A stretch of DNA of 64,000 bases from Glaucostegus cemiculus (taxonomy: Eukaryota): contig CDPCPM010000143.1 in the NCBI GenBank assembly GCA_976551045.1, positions 7,688,001-7,752,000 on the forward strand, given 5' to 3'. Position 1 is the stretch's first letter, and each line of letters opens with the position of its first letter. Positions 62,538 to 64,000 of the stretch are shown here, in pieces. The position numbers and the translations under genes were made by a program. The notes under the pieces were generated by a model that saw only the letters and a program-made list of their open reading frames with translations, was not told the DNA's origin and ran no database searches.

Positions 62538-62608
62538 CTCTTCAGTAAATTAGCATTCTGGCTGATGTCACTCAGTCTTTAGATTTGGACTGCTCTAGCG
62601 TTTGGCAT
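62538..62608 (-). other. Candidate non-coding 5' UTR exon of BBX (71 nt)
   Basis: gtttatAG|ATGCCAAAC..ACTGAAGAG|GTGAAC in repeat-free sequence. Size is similar to the short UTR exon I recall upstream of the human start exon. Splice signals are only moderate. Confidence 0.35.
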
Positions 62609-63479
62609 CTATAAACATCCAGCATGCACCAAACTCTGATACAACAATAGTTTATGTAAACATGCTGATTTATCAGACATACGATTTGCTGCTTGTTGTT
62701 ATCTCAATGATATTATACTATCCAGACTGCAATGGGTAGGACTTACAGACAGCACTTACTTTGTCTTCAAATGGTCATAGCACAGAGAACTATCCTGAAA
62801 GAAAGGAAGCATGGCTGGGACATGAGTATTAGTTTGTATAATAATAATCTGAATGCCTGATGCCACGAGAGTCATCAAATTGCATACAAGCCACACAGGT
62901 TTTATAGATAATGCCCTGAACGGTGGAGAATTCTATAGAGTAAGGTAGATTATTGTCCATTGACTGATCATGATGTCAATTGTGATCTTAATTCCTTGGG
63001 TAAACCAAACATTTTTGGCCTGCTGTTGTATGTGTGCTATGAAAACATGCAGCCTATGCCTCAAATGTTGTCTATAAAGAATAGAGGGATAGAATTTCAA
63101 GTTGCAGTGATTGTTTTGCCATTAATGCTATCTGCTCATGACAAAGACATTTAATAGATTGATTAGTTTTTTGTGACTCAACTCCTTGGTAAAACAAAAC
63201 CTACAATGGCAGATTTCCTCAGAAAATGCCCAGGAAGATAATATTGTGGTAAAGGGAAGATTCACTTGAACTGGCTAGAATCTCTTCATGTGCTCTTTCT
63301 CTCCTTGAATCAAGATAGAAAACCCTATTTGAATTCCCAATTTTCTGCCTTTATTATAGTAACTATAAGTCATGCTGGAAGGTATTTGGGTCATTGTACT
63401 TCAATGATAAACAAAATGCTAAAAAAGAAAGCCATTTAGCATTTGTCATAAATCCCTACAGTTAAAGGCAACTTTCATT

Positions 63480-63828
63480 TCTGGTAGCATAGTAGGTGAT
63501 TTAATAGACTAACTGGACTTTAATAGAGGACTGGACCACTGATCCAGAGGCATGAATATGAATCCTATCGTGGAGCTGGAAAATTTAAATTCAACTCATT
63601 AAATAAGTCTGAAATTGAAAAGCTGATACCAGTAAGGTAACATAATTGTCATTGAAAACCATTCTAGTTTACTAATGTCCAAAGAAAGAAATCAGCCATC
63701 CATATCTGGTTTATGTGACTCCAGACCTACCGCTGCAGTTCTTATTTGTCTCTTAAGCTTATTGGCTTTCAGGGGTGCACACTAAATTCTAGACTTGTCA
63801 ATGATGTTCACATATTGTGAATAAACAC
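63480..63828 (+). mobile_element. Degraded Deu-domain SINE (SacSINE1/AmnSINE1-like)
   Basis: tttactaatgtcc..aagaaatcagccatcc..tatgtgactccagacc resembles the Deu/Nin core as I recall it. Confidence 0.55.
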
Positions 63829-64000
63829 ACTTTCATCTGTGATGTAAACAAACTGCTGTTCTTTTGAACAGAGACTTCTTGAACCAAAATCTTTTTGTTC
63901 CCAATTCCCAACTTTAATCCAAATGATCTGAATGCACAAGTCTTCAGAAGGATAGCACTAAGAATGTTTGTATTTATTTCAATACACTTCCATAATATGA

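Noticed and set aside
1-64000. CRISPR arrays, rRNA, operons or other prokaryotic systems
   Set aside because: The sequence is a spliced vertebrate locus; no regularly spaced repeat-spacer array was seen.

Overview
Vertebrate genomic DNA, most likely from a cartilaginous fish (shark or ray), judged from HE1-type V-SINEs, a Deu-domain SINE, and abundant CR1, Rex1 and Penelope-like retroelements. The window holds the complete coding region of one gene on the minus strand, BBX (bobby sox homolog, HMG-box transcription factor). I traced 12 coding exons with canonical AG/GT borders and consistent phases from ATG 41574 to TAA 11170, giving 2355 nt and 784 aa. There is a probable ~6 kb repeat-poor 3' UTR and a candidate 5' UTR exon near 62.5 kb. 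The rest is intron or flank filled with transposon relics: CR1, Rex1/Babar, RTE, Penelope-like elements, a Harbinger transposase relic, SINEs and a probable solo LTR. The most notable observations are: minimal hammerhead-ribozyme motifs in Penelope-like repeats, two of them in BBX sense orientation and probably decayed; a V-SINE head carrying two different LINE-derived tails, with both partner LINE types present in the window; a simpler BBX exon structure than I recall for human; and a ~100 bp duplication bracketing the start-codon exon. I found no evidence for a wholly new protein-coding system. Comparisons with human BBX and repeat families are from memory, not from database searches.
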